Assembly: GCA_951406725.2 (NCBI GenBank)
Contig: OX597835.1
Location: forward strand, 37,758,001-37,822,000
From: Octopus vulgaris
Lineage: Eukaryota
Reading direction: 5' to 3'
DNA length: 64,000 nucleotides
The position numbers and the translations under genes are program-made. The notes beneath the pieces were generated by a model that had not been told where the DNA came from, searched no databases, and saw only the letters and a list, made by a program, of their open reading frames with translations. Position 1 is the stretch's first letter. Each line of letters begins with the position of its first letter. Shown here in pieces: positions 1 to 14,100 of the stretch.

Positions 1-210
1 GCGTAGGAAGTCAGGGTGTTGTTGTTGCTTCACTCCAGCTCAACCATGATTGAATAAAACTCCTATAATCAAGCAAGCGCCAACACCTCCTTCACCACAT
101 TCTTGGAGGTATTGCTCAGAAAATGGTATCCAGTGCATTCTTTATGTTTCCAAGAAATTAGTCAGTACCTGTTGTTCTTTTTCAAGATAGAGATGATGGT
201 GTTCATTCCT

Positions 211-631
211 TCAGCGAGCTGGCAGAAACGTTAGCACACCGGGCAAAATGCTTAGCAGTATTTCATCTGCCACCACGTTCTGAGTTCAAATTCCACCGAG
301 GTCAACTTACTTTGCCTTTCATCTTTTCAGGGTTGATTAAATAAGTACCAGTTATGCACTGGGGTCGATATAATCGACTTAATCCATTTGTCTGTCTTTG
401 TTTGTCCCCTCTGTGTTTAGCCCCTTGTGGGTAGTAAAAGAAATAGGTATTTCGTCTGCCGTTACGTTCTGAGTTCAAATTCCACCAAGGTTGACTTAGC
501 CTTTCATCCTTTCGGGGTCGATTAAATAAGTACCAGTTACACACTGGGGTCAATATAATCGACTTAATCCGTTTGTCTGTCCTTGTTTGTCCCCTCTGTG
601 TTTAGCCCCTTGTGGGTAGTAAAGAAATAGG
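211..631 (+). mobile_element. tRNA-headed SINE with Nin/Deu-like core (family A), 3' half tandemly duplicated
   Basis: Head GCGAGCTGGCAGAAACGTTAGC...GAGTTCAAATTCC and core GCCTTTCATCCTTTCGGGGTCGATTAAATAAGTACCAG. Second half repeated from ~445. Flanked by near-identical GGTGTT(C/T)ATTCCT (TSD-like, ~198-210 and 630-642). Confidence 0.85.
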
Positions 632-1005
632 TGTTTATTCCTGCTATTCACTGAAGTCGGTAGCAGCTTTTAAGATCAAGAATTTTGTCAAGAAAGGCCG
701 GAATGGACACTACCTTAACTGACCAGCGTTATTATTCCTTTAACCATTTTGTACCAGTTGTTTTATGTTTTCGTTGCAGTTTTTTTTTCTTTCGTTTTTA
801 GCAACTTCGTAGAAAATATTCACAATTAAATCTGTATGTTTGGTAATAAATGACAACATTACCATGTAACAGAATGGAAGCCAAGAATAACAAAACAAGA
901 AATATAGAAACTTGAAATATAATAAAGTAAGAAAATGCAAACACTGAAGAATTCTTCTATGTCATTATTAATGTGCAACTTCAACTATTTTCAATTTCTC
1001 TGCAG

Positions 1006-1110
1006 GATCTTGTGCAGCTGCTTCTAGCAGAGTATCTTAGCAGTAACAGTTGCCATGAGAGACAAATGACTTGTAGTATTCTTTCCAAACTTCGCAGCCA
1101 GATGAAGAAG
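1006..1110 (+). CDS. Internal coding exon of an unidentified host gene (35 aa, phase 0/0; possibly helical HEAT/ARM-like repeat protein)
   Basis: Acceptor tttcaatttctctgcAG (AG at 1004-1005) and donor AAG|GTAAGG at 1111. The 105 bp read open: DLVQLLLAEYLSSNSCHERQMTCSILSKLRSQMKK. Non-repetitive sequence. The product guess is inference only. Confidence 0.7.
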
Positions 1111-1349
1111 GTAAGGTAGAAAGAGTCTCTAGGATACGTTCTATATTTATCACAGAACTGATTCTGTAAATAGTGAAGAGAGCAGGAAGTCGTCTTTGTT
1201 AGACTGTAACGTATATAGCCGACTATGGTGTTTGGTGTCGGATCTAAATTAAATTGAGTTTGTTGTGGTGTGTAGATGAGATGTCGGACTGGTTGATTGG
1301 AGAGATAGGGAGAGGGAGAGGCGGATGGATAGGGTGGGAAAATGCTTAA

Positions 1350-1516
1350 ATGGATATAGATAGATAAAGTATGTCAGTGTTGACTGGATATATGTGTGCG
1401 CGTATATATATATATAGATAGATAGATATACACATTATATATACAGAGAGAGTGAGAGAGAGAGAGAGAGAGAGATAGATAGGTAAATAAACAAACAGAC
1501 AGACAGACAGGCAGGC

Positions 1517-1586
<70 letters not shown>

Positions 1587-1925
1587 GGAGAGATAGATAG
1601 ATAGACAGCTAAATGAAAAGATAGATATATATATAGATAAAAAGATAGACAGACAGATAAATAGATAGGTACTGGATATAGATAATGTGTGTTTGTATTC
1701 CCTGGATAGATAGATACAATATGTAGACATTGACTAAGGAGATTGACAAAAGACAAACTGTGTGGTTGTTGACTGAATAAATAAGTTCAGTGTGTATATG
1801 TTGACTGGGTGCACAGTTCTAGGGGAATTCTTCTACAACAGTTTATCTGTGTATGCATGTATGTGTGTGTGTGTGTGTGTGTGTGGTTGTAGATGAATTG
1901 TTGTAGACAAATTCACAGGATACTT

Positions 1926-1963
<38 letters not shown>

Positions 1964-1965
1964 CA
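1350..1965. repeat. Compound microsatellites (GATA/GACA/GA/TG/CA)n
   Basis: Directly visible simple repeats. Confidence 0.95.
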
Positions 1966-2171
1966 GACTTCTTTCAGTTTCTGTCTATTAAATCCATTCA
2001 CAAGAGTTTGGTAGGCCCGAGGCTATAGTAGGCCATAGTATTGGAAAAACTGTTTTGGACCTGGGTTTACAGACCCATAACCAAATTTCATTCTTGTGCC
2101 AGTGGATGTAGATGTAGATTGGATAGATAGACGCATCAACATAACCATTATCATTTAACATCCATTTAACA

Positions 2172-5100
2172 TTATCGACAATGCCGTCCCCAGTCAAATT
2201 CCCTCACACCGCTTATTGTCACGTGTCCCTTGACCTCTCTCTCTAACTAACCCTATCTCTCTCTCGCTATGTTCCCCCCTTCCCATAACCATCATCGCCA
2301 TGGTCCTCTATGCCCCCCCACTCCCCAAAACCATCATCGCCATACATAAAAGAGCGATCGCATTTATCGTTAACCCCACTCGCTTCAAAATATCTAAAGA
2401 ATACGCACAGATCATGAATGGCTAAAAGTTAAGTGAATCGTTCAACCTCGCTACGACTACCTTCTTTCTTGCACTTATCCTTACTCTTTCTCTATTCTTC
2501 AATTTCCATCTCATTGTATTGTCCCTCATTCTTTCAGTATTCCCTCATTACCCTGTCTAGCTCAAACATTTTTTTCGTTTAGACTTGTCTCCAGGTTCAT
2601 AGCCACTCTGATTTTTCAATTTTTCGTTTAGTATTGTCTCCCGATTCATACTAACCCATTTGCTAGCTCACGATTAACAGAACCTCTTTACTCAGCTACG
2701 GTGTTATATTAGCTATCAATAATGATATTCCCTCTGATTTTTCTGATTTTCAAACCTATTTATCTAATGTTTATTTATCGACAATGCCGTCCCCAGTCAA
2801 ATTCCCTCACACCGCTTATTGTCACGTGTCCCTTGACCTCTCTCTCTAACTAACCCTATCTCTCTCTCGCTATGTTCCCCCCTTCCCATAACCATCATCG
2901 CCATGGTCCTCTATGCCCCCCCCCCACTCCCCAAAACCATCATCGCCATACATAAAAGAGCGATCGCATTTATCGTTAACCCCACTCGCTTCAAAATATC
3001 TAAAGAATACGCACAGATCATGAATGGCTAAAAGTTAAGTGAATCGTTCAACCTCGCTACGACTACCTTCTTTCTTGCACTTATCCTTACTCTTTCTCTA
3101 TTCTTCAATTTCCATCTCATTGTATTGTCCCTCATTCTTTCAGTATTCCCTCATTACCCTGTCTAGCTCAAACATTTTTTTTCGTTTAGACTTGTCTCCA
3201 GGTTCATAGCCACTCTGATTTTTCAATTTTTCGTTCAGTATTGTCTCCCGATTCATACTAACCCATTTGCTAGCTCACGATTAACAGAACCTCTTTACTC
3301 AGCTACGGTGTTATATTAGCTATCAATAATGATATTCCCTCTGATTTTTCTGATTTTCAAACCTATTTATCTAATGTTTATTTATCGACAATGCCGTCCC
3401 CAGTCAAATTCCCTCACACCGCTTATTGTCACGTGTCCCTTGACCTCTCTCTCTAACTAACCCTATCTCTCTCTCGCTATGTTCCCCCCTTCCCATAACC
3501 ATCATCGCCATGGTCCTCTATGCCCCCCCCACTCCCCAAAACCATCATCGCCATACATAAAAGAGCGATCGCATTTATCGTTAACCCCACTCGCTTCAAA
3601 ATATCTAAAGAATACGCACAGATCATGAATGGCTAAAAGTTAAGTGAATCGTTCAACCTCGCTACGACTACCTTCTTTCTTGCACTTATCCTTACTCTTT
3701 CTCTATTCTTCAATTTCCATCTCATTGTATTGTCCCTCATTCTTTCAGTATTCCCTCATTACCCTGTCTAGCTCAAACATTTTTTTCGTTTAGACTTGTC
3801 TCCAGGTTCATAGCCACTCTGATTTTTCAATTTTTCGTTTAGTATTGTCTCCCGATTCATACTAACCCATTTGCTAGCTCACGATTAACAGAACCTCTTT
3901 ACTCAGCTACGGTGTTATATTAGCTATCAATAATGATATTCCCTCTGATTTTTCTGATTTTCAAACCTATTTATCTAATGTTTATTTATCGACAATGCCG
4001 TCCCCAGTCAAATTCCCTCACACCGCTTATTGTCACGTGTCCCTTGACCTCTCTCTCTAACTAACCCTATCTCTCTCTCGCTATGTTCCCCCCCTTCCCA
4101 TAACCATCATCGCCATGGTCCTCTATGCCCCCCCCCACTCCCCAAAACCATCATCGCCATACATAAAAGAGCGATCGCATTTATCGTTAACCCCACTCGC
4201 TTCAAAATATCTAAAGAATACGCACAGATCATGAATGGCTAAAAGTTAAGTGAATCGTTCAACCTCGCTACGACTACCTTCTTTCTTGCACTTATCCTTA
4301 CTCTTTCTCTATTCTTCAATTTCCATCTCATTGTATTGTCCCTCATTCTTTCAGTATTCCCTCATTACCCTGTCTAGCTCAAACATTTTTTTTCGTTTAG
4401 ACTTGTCTCCAGGTTCATAGCCACTCTGATTTTTCAATTTTTCGTTCAGTATTGTCTCCCGATTCATACTAACCCATTTGCTAGCTCACGATTAACAGAA
4501 CCTCTTTACTCAGCTACGGTGTTATATTAGCTATCAATAATGATATTCCCTCTGATTTTTCTGATTTTCAAACCTATTTATCTAATGTTTATTTATCGAC
4601 AATGCCGTCCCCAGTCAAATTCCCTCACACCGCTTATTGTCACGTGTCCCTTGACCTCTCTCTCTAACTAACCCTATCTCTCTCTCGCTATGTTCCCCCC
4701 TTCCCATAACCATCATCGCCATGGTCCTCTATGCCCCCCACTCCCCAAAACCATCATCGCCATACATAAAAGAGCGATCGCATTTATCGTTAACCCCACT
4801 CGCTTCAAAATATCTAAAGTATACGCACAGATCATGAATGGCTAAAAGTTAAGTGAATCGTTCAACCTCGCTACGACTACCTTCTTTCTTGCACTTATCC
4901 TTACTCTTTCTCTATTCTTCAATTTCCATCTCATTGTATTGTCCCTCATTCTTTCAGTATTCCCTCATTACCCTGTCTAGCTCAAACATTTTTTTCGTTT
5001 AGACTTGTCTCCAGGTTCATAGCCACTCTGATTTTTCAATTTTTCGTTTAGTATTGTCTCCCGATTCATACTAACCCATTTGCTAGCTCACGATTAACAG

Positions 5101-8100
5101 AACCTCTTTACTCAGCTACGGTGTTATATTAGCTATCAATAATGATATTCCCTCTGATTTTTCTGATTTTCAAACCTATTTATCTAATGTTTATTTATCG
5201 ACAATGCCGTCCCCAGTCAAATTCCCTCACACCGCTTATTGTCACGTGTCCCTTGACCTCTCTCTCTAACTAACCCTATCTCTCTCTCGCTATGTTCCCC
5301 CCTTCCCATAACCATCATCGCCATGGTCCTCTATGCCCCCCCCCCACTCCCCAAAACCATCATCGCCATACATAAAAGAGCGATCGCATTTATCGTTAAC
5401 CCCACTCGCTTCAAAATATCTAAAGAATACGCACAGATCATGAATGGCTAAAAGTTAAGTGAATCGTTCAACCTCGCTACGACTACCTTCTTTCTTGCAC
5501 TTATCCTTACTCTTTCTCTATTCTTCAATTTCCATCTCATTGTATTGTCCCTCATTCTTTCAGTATTCCCTCATTACCCTGTCTAGCTCAAACATTTTTT
5601 TTCGTTTAGACTTGTCTCCAGGTTCATAGCCACTCTGATTTTTCAATTTTTCGTTCAGTATTGTCTCCCGATTCATACTAACCCATTTGCTAGCTCACGA
5701 TTAACAGAACCTCTTTACTCAGCTACGGTGTTATATTAGCTATCAATAATGATATTCCCTCTGATTTTTCTGATTTTCAAACCTATTTATCTAATGTTTA
5801 TTTATCGACAATGCCGTCCCCAGTCAAATTCCCTCACACCGCTTATTGTCACGTGTCCCTTGACCTCTCTCTCTAACTAACCCTATCTCTCTCTCGCTAT
5901 GTTCCCCCCCTTCCCATAACCATCATCGCCATGGTCCTCTATGCCCCCCCCCACTCCCCAAAACCATCATCGCCATACATAAAAGAGCGATCGCATTTAT
6001 CGTTAACCCCACTCGCTTCAAAATATCTAAAGTATACGCACAGATCATGAATGGCTAAAAGTTAAGTGAATCGTTCAACCTCGCTACGACTACCTTCTTT
6101 CTTGCACTTATCCTTACTCTTTCTCTATTCTTCAATTTCCATCTCATTGTATTGTCCCTCATTCTTTCAGTATTCCCTCATTACCCTGTCTAGCTCAAAC
6201 ATTTTTTTCGTTTAGACTTGTCTCCAGGTTCATAGCCACTCTGATTTTTCAATTTTTCGTTTAGTATTGTCTCCCGATTCATACTAACCCATTTGCTAGC
6301 TCACGATTAACAGAACCTCTTTACTCAGCTACGGTGTTATATTAGCTATCAATAATGATATTCCCTCTGATTTTTCTGATTTTCAAACCTATTTATCTAA
6401 TGTTTATTTATCGACAATGCCGTCCCCAGTCAAATTCCCTCACACCGCTTATTGTCACGTGTCCCTTGACCTCTCTCTCTAACTAACCCTATCTCTCTCT
6501 CGCTATGTTCCCCCCTTCCCATAACCATCATCGCCATGGTCCTCTATGCCCCCCCCACTCCCCAAAACCATCATCGCCATACATAAAAGAGCGATCGCAT
6601 TTATCGTTAACCCCACTCGCTTCAAAATATCTAAAGAATACGCACAGATCATGAATGGCTAAAAGTTAAGTGAATCGTTCAACCTCGCTACGACTACCTT
6701 CTTTCTTGCACTTATCCTTACTCTTTCTCTATTCTTCAATTTCCATCTCATTGTATTGTCCCTCATTCTTTCAGTATTCCCTCATTACCCTGTCTAGCTC
6801 AAACATTTTTTTTTTTTTTTTTCGTTTAGACTTGTCTCCAGGTTCATAGCCACTCTGATTTTTCAATTTTTCGTTTAGTATTGTCTCCCGATTCATACTA
6901 ACCCATTTGCTAGCTCACGATTAACAGAACCTCTTTACTCAGCTACGGTGTTATATTAGCTATCAATAATGATATTCCCTCTGATTTTTCTGATTTTCAA
7001 ACCTATTTATCTAATGTTTATTTATCGACAATGCCGTCCCCAGTCAAATTCCCTCACACCGCTTATTGTCACGTGTCCCTTGACCTCTCTCTCTAACTAA
7101 CCCTATCTCTCTCTCGCTATGTTCCCCCCTTCCCATAACCATCATCGCCATGGTCCTCTATGCCCCCCCCACTCCCCAAAACCATCATCGCCATACATAA
7201 AAGAGCGATCGCATTTATCGTTAACCCCACTCGCTTCAAAATATCTAAAGTATACGCACAGATCATGAATGGCTAAAAGTTAAGTGAATCGTTCAACCTC
7301 GCTACGACTACCTTCTTTCTTGCACTTATCCTTACTCTTTCTCTATTCTTCAATTTCCATCTCATTGTATTGTCCCTCATTCTTTCAGTATTCCCTCATT
7401 ACCCTGTCTAGCTCAAACATTTTTTTCGTTTAGACTTGTCTCCAGGTTCATAGCCACTCTGATTTTTCAATTTTTCGTTCAGTATTGTCTCCCGATTCAT
7501 ACTAACCCATTTGCTAGCTCACGATTAACAGAACCTCTTTACTCAGCTACGGTGTTATATTAGCTATCAATAATGATATTCCCTCTGATTTTTCTGATTT
7601 TCAAACCTATTTATCTAATGTTTATTTATCGACAATGCCGTCCCCAGTCAAATTCCCTCACACCGCTTATTGTCACGTGTCCCTTGACCTCTCTCTCTAA
7701 CTAACCCTATCTCTCTCTCGCTATGTTCCCCCCTTCCCATAACCATCATCGCCATGGTCCTCTATGCCCCCCCCACTCCCCAAAACCATCATCGCCATAC
7801 ATAAAAGAGCGATCGCATTTATCGTTAACCCCACTCGCTTCAAAATATCTAAAGAATACGCACAGATCATGAATGGCTAAAAGTTAAGTGAATCGTTCAA
7901 CCTCGCTACGACTACCTTCTTTCTTGCACTTATCCTTACTCTTTCTCTATTCTTCAATTTCCATCTCATTGTATTGTCCCTCATTCTTTCAGTATTCCCT
8001 CATTACCCTGTCTAGCTCAAACATTTTTTTCGTTTAGACTTGTCTCCAGGTTCATAGCCACTCTGATTTTTCAATTTTTCGTTTAGTATTGTCTCCCGAT

Positions 8101-11100
8101 TCATACTAACCCATTTGCTAGCTCACGATTAACAGAACCTCTTTACTCAGCTACGGTGTTATATTAGCTATCAATAATGATATTCCCTCTGATTTTTCTG
8201 ATTTTCAAACCTATTTATCTAATGTTTATTTATCGACAATGCCGTCCCCAGTCAAATTCCCTCACACCGCTTATTGTCACGTGTCCCTTGACCTCTCTCT
8301 CTAACTAACCCTATCTCTCTCTCGCTATGTTCCCCCCTTCCCATAACCATCATCGCCATGGTCCTCTATGCCCCCCCCACTCCCCAAAACCATCATCGCC
8401 ATACATAAAAGAGCGATCGCATTTATCGTTAACCCCACTCGCTTCAAAATATCTAAAGAATACGCACAGATCATGAATGGCTAAAAGTTAAGTGAATCGT
8501 TCAACCTCGCTACGACTACCTTCTTTCTTGCACTTATCCTTACTCTTTCTCTATTCTTCAATTTCCATCTCATTGTATTGTCCCTCATTCTTTCAGTATT
8601 CCCTCATTACCCTGTCTAGCTCAAACATTTTTTTTCGTTTAGACTTGTCTCCAGGTTCATAGCCACTCTGATTTTTCAATTTTTTTTTCGTTCAGTATTG
8701 TCTCCCGATTCATACTAACCCATTTGCTAGCTCACGATTAACAGAACCTCTTTACTCAGCTACGGTGTTATATTAGCTATCAATAATGATATTCCCTCTG
8801 ATTTTTCTGATTTTCAAACCTATTTATCTAATGTTTATTTATCGACAATGCCGTCCCCAGTCAAATTCCCTCACACCGCTTATTGTCACGTGTCCCTTGA
8901 CCTCTCTCTCTAACTAACCCTATCTCTCTCTCGCTATGTTCCCCCCCTTCCCATAACCATCATCGCCATGGTCCTCTATGCCCCCCCACTCCCCAAAACC
9001 ATCATCGCCATACATAAAAGAGCGATCGCATTTATCGTTAACCCCACTCGCTTCAAAATATCTAAAGTATACGCACAGATCATGAATGGCTAAAAGTTAA
9101 GTGAATCGTTCAACCTCGCTACGACTACCTTCTTTCTTGCACTTATCCTTACTCTTTCTCTATTCTTCAATTTCCATCTCATTGTATTGTCCCTCATTCT
9201 TTCAGTATTCCCTCATTACCCTGTCTAGCTCAAACATTTTTTTCGTTTAGACTTGTCTCCAGGTTCATAGCCACTCTGATTTTTCAATTTTTCGTTTAGT
9301 ATTGTCTCCCGATTCATACTAACCCATTTGCTAGCTCACGATTAACAGAACCTCTTTACTCAGCTACGGTGTTATATTAGCTATCAATAATGATATTCCC
9401 TCTGATTTTTCTGATTTTCAAACCTATTTATCTAATGTTTATTTATCGACAATGCCGTCCCCAGTCAAATTCCCTCACACCGCTTATTGTCACGTGTCCC
9501 TTGACCTCTCTCTCTAACTAACCCTATCTCTCTCTCGCTATGTTCCCCCCTTCCCATAACCATCATCGCCATGGTCCTCTATGCCCCCCCCCCACTCCCC
9601 AAAACCATCATCGCCATACATAAAAGAGCGATCGCATTTATCGTTAACCCCACTCGCTTCAAAATATCTAAAGTATACGCACAGATCATGAATGGCTAAA
9701 AGTTAAGTGAATCGTTCAACCTCGCTACGACTACCTTCTTTCTTGCACTTATCCTTACTCTTTCTCTATTCTTCAATTTCCATCTCATTGTATTGTCCCT
9801 CATTCTTTCAGTATTCCCTCATTACCCTGTCTAGCTCAAACATTTTTTTTCGTTTAGACTTGTCTCCAGGTTCATAGCCACTCTGATTTTTCAATTTTTC
9901 GTTCAGTATTGTCTCCCGATTCATACTAACCCATTTGCTAGCTCACGATTAACAGAACCTCTTTACTCAGCTACGGTGTTATATTAGCTATCAATAATGA
10001 TATTCCCTCTGATTTTTCTGATTTTCAAACCTATTTATCTAATGTTTATTTATCGACAATGCCGTCCCCAGTCAAATTCCCTCACACCGCTTATTGTCAC
10101 GTGTCCCTTGACCTCTCTCTCTAACTAACCCTATCTCTCTCTCGCTATGTTCCCCCCTTCCCATAACCATCATCGCCATGGTCCTCTATGCCCCCCCCCA
10201 CTCCCCAAAACCATCATCGCCATACATAAAAGAGCGATCGCATTTATCGTTAACCCCACTCGCTTCAAAATATCTAAAGTATACGCACAGATCATGAATG
10301 GCTAAAAGTTAAGTGAATCGTTCAACCTCGCTACGACTACCTTCTTTCTTGCACTTATCCTTACTCTTTCTCTATTCTTCAATTTCCATCTCATTGTATT
10401 GTCCCTCATTCTTTCAGTATTCCCTCATTACCCTGTCTAGCTCAAACATTTTTTTCGTTTAGACTTGTCTCCAGGTTCATAGCCACTCTGATTTTTCAAT
10501 TTTTCGTTTAGTATTGTCTCCCGATTCATACTAACCCATTTGCTAGCTCACGATTAACAGAACCTCTTTACTCAGCTACGGTGTTATATTAGCTATCAAT
10601 AATGATATTCCCTCTGATTTTTCTGATTTTCAAACCTATTTATCTAATGTTTATTTATCGACAATGCCGTCCCCAGTCAAATTCCCTCACACCGCTTATT
10701 GTCACGTGTCCCTTGACCTCTCTCTCTAACTAACCCTATCTCTCTCTCGCTATGTTCCCCCCCTTCCCATAACCATCATCGCCATGGTCCTCTATGCCCC
10801 CCCCCACTCCCCAAAACCATCATCGCCATACATAAAAGAGCGATCGCATTTATCGTTAACCCCACTCGCTTCAAAATATCTAAAGAATACGCACAGATCA
10901 TGAATGGCTAAAAGTTAAGTGAATCGTTCAACCTCGCTACGACTACCTTCTTTCTTGCACTTATCCTTACTCTTTCTCTATTCTTCAATTTCCATCTCAT
11001 TGTATTGTCCCTCATTCTTTCAGTATTCCCTCATTACCCTGTCTAGCTCAAACATTTTTTTCGTTTAGACTTGTCTCCAGGTTCATAGCCACTCTGATTT

Positions 11101-14100
11101 TTCAATTTTTCGTTTAGTATTGTCTCCCGATTCATACTAACCCATTTGCTAGCTCACGATTAACAGAACCTCTTTACTCAGCTACGGTGTTATATTAGCT
11201 ATCAATAATGATATTCCCTCTGATTTTTCTGATTTTCAAACCTATTTATCTAATGTTTATTTATCGACAATGCCGTCCCCAGTCAAATTCCCTCACACCG
11301 CTTATTGTCACGTGTCCCTTGACCTCTCTCTCTAACTAACCCTATCTCTCTCTCGCTATGTTCCCCCCCTTCCCATAACCATCATCGCCATGGTCCTCTA
11401 TCCCCCCCCCCCACTCCCCAAAACCATCATCGCCATACATAAAAGAGCGATCGCATTTATCGTTAACCCCACTCGCTTCAAAATATCTAAAGAATACGCA
11501 CAGATCATGAATGGCTAAAAGTTAAGTGAATCGTTCAACCTCGCTACGACTACCTTCTTTCTTGCACTTATCCTTACTCTTTCTCTATTCTTCAATTTCC
11601 ATCTCATTGTATTGTCCCTCATTCTTTCAGTATTCCCTCATTACCCTGTCTAGCTCAAACATTTTTTTCGTTTAGACTTGTCTCCAGGTTCATAGCCACT
11701 CTGATTTTTCAATTTTTCGTTCAGTATTGTCTCCCGATTCATACTAACCCATTTGCTAGCTCACGATTAACAGAACCTCTTTACTCAGCTACGGTGTTAT
11801 ATTAGCTATCAATAATGATATTCCCTCTGATTTTTCTGATTTTCAAACCTATTTATCTAATGTTTATTTATCGACAATGCCGTCCCCAGTCAAATTCCCT
11901 CACACCGCTTATTGTCACGTGTCCCTTGACCTCTCTCTCTAACTAACCCTATCTCTCTCTCGCTATGTTCCCCCCTTCCCATAACCATCATCGCCATGGT
12001 CCTCTATGCCCCCCCCCCACTCCCCAAAACCATCATCGCCATACATAAAAGAGCGATCGCATTTATCGTTAACCCCACTCGCTTCAAAATATCTAAAGTA
12101 TACGCACAGATCATGAATGGCTAAAAGTTAAGTGAATCGTTCAACCTCGCTACGACTACCTTCTTTCTTGCACTTATCCTTACTCTTTCTCTATTCTTCA
12201 ATTTCCATCTCATTGTATTGTCCCTCATTCTTTCAGTATTCCCTCATTACCCTGTCTAGCTCAAACATTTTTTTCGTTTAGACTTGTCTCCAGGTTCATA
12301 GCCACTCTGATTTTTCAATTTTTCGTTTAGTATTGTCTCCCGATTCATACTAACCCATTTGCTAGCTCACGATTAACAGAACCTCTTTACTCAGCTACGG
12401 TGTTATATTAGCTATCAATAATGATATTCCCTCTGATTTTTCTGATTTTCAAACCTATTTATCTAATGTTTATTTATCGACAATGCCGTCCCCAGTCAAA
12501 TTCCCTCACACCGCTTATTGTCACGTGTCCCTTGACCTCTCTCTCTAACTAACCCTATCTCTCTCTCGCTATGTTCCCCCCCTTCCCATAACCATCATCG
12601 CCATGGTCCTCTATGCCCCCCCACTCCCCAAAACCATCATCGCCATACATAAAAGAGCGATCGCATTTATCGTTAACCCCACTCGCTTCAAAATATCTAA
12701 AGAATACGCACAGATCATGAATGGCTAAAAGTTAAGTGAATCGTTCAACCTCGCTACGACTACCTTCTTTCTTGCACTTATCCTTACTCTTTCTCTATTC
12801 TTCAATTTCCATCTCATTGTATTGTCCCTCATTCTTTCAGTATTCCCTCATTACCCTGTCTAGCTCAAACATTTTTTTTTTTTTTTTTTTCGTTTAGACT
12901 TGTCTCCAGGTTCATAGCCACTCTGATTTTTCAATTTTTCGTTTAGTATTGTCTCCCGATTCATACTAACCCATTTGCTAGCTCACGATTAACAGAACCT
13001 CTTTACTCAGCTACGGTGTTATATTAGCTATCAATAATGATATTCCCTCTGATTTTTCTGATTTTCAAACCTATTTATCTAATGTTTATTTATCGACAAT
13101 GCCGTCCCCAGTCAAATTCCCTCACACCGCTTATTGTCACGTGTCCCTTGACCTCTCTCTCTAACTAACCCTATCTCTCTCTCGCTATGTTCCCCCCTTC
13201 CCATAACCATCATCGCCATGGTCCTCTATGCCCCCCCCCACTCCCCAAAACCATCATCGCCATACATAAAAGAGCGATCGCATTTATCGTTAACCCCACT
13301 CGCTTCAAAATATCTAAAGTATACGCACAGATCATGAATGGCTAAAAGTTAAGTGAATCGTTCAACCTCGCTACGACTACCTTCTTTCTTGCACTTATCC
13401 TTACTCTTTCTCTATTCTTCAATTTCCATCTCATTGTATTGTCCCTCATTCTTTCAGTATTCCCTCATTACCCTGTCTAGCTCAAACATTTTTTTTCGTT
13501 TAGACTTGTCTCCAGGTTCATAGCCACTCTGATTTTTCAATTTTTCGTTCAGTATTGTCTCCCGATTCATACTAACCCATTTGCTAGCTCACGATTAACA
13601 GAACCTCTTTACTCAGCTACGGTGTTATATTAGCTATCAATAATGATATTCCCTCTGATTTTTCTGATTTTCAAACCTATTTATCTAATGTTTATTTATC
13701 GACAATGCCGTCCCCAGTCAAATTCCCTCACACCGCTTATTGTCACGTGTCCCTTGACCTCTCTCTCTAACTAACCCTATCTCTCTCTCGCTATGTTCCC
13801 CCCTTCCCATAACCATCATCGCCATGGTCCTCTATGCCCCCCCCCACTCCCCAAAACCATCATCGCCATACATAAAAGAGCGATCGCATTTATCGTTAAC
13901 CCCACTCGCTTCAAAATATCTAAAGTATACGCACAGATCATGAATGGCTAAAAGTTAAGTGAATCGTTCAACCTCGCTACGACTACCTTCTTTCTTGCAC
14001 TTATCCTTACTCTTTCTCTATTCTTCAATTTCCATCTCATTGTATTGTCCCTCATTCTTTCAGTATTCCCTCATTACCCTGTCTAGCTCAAACATTTTTT

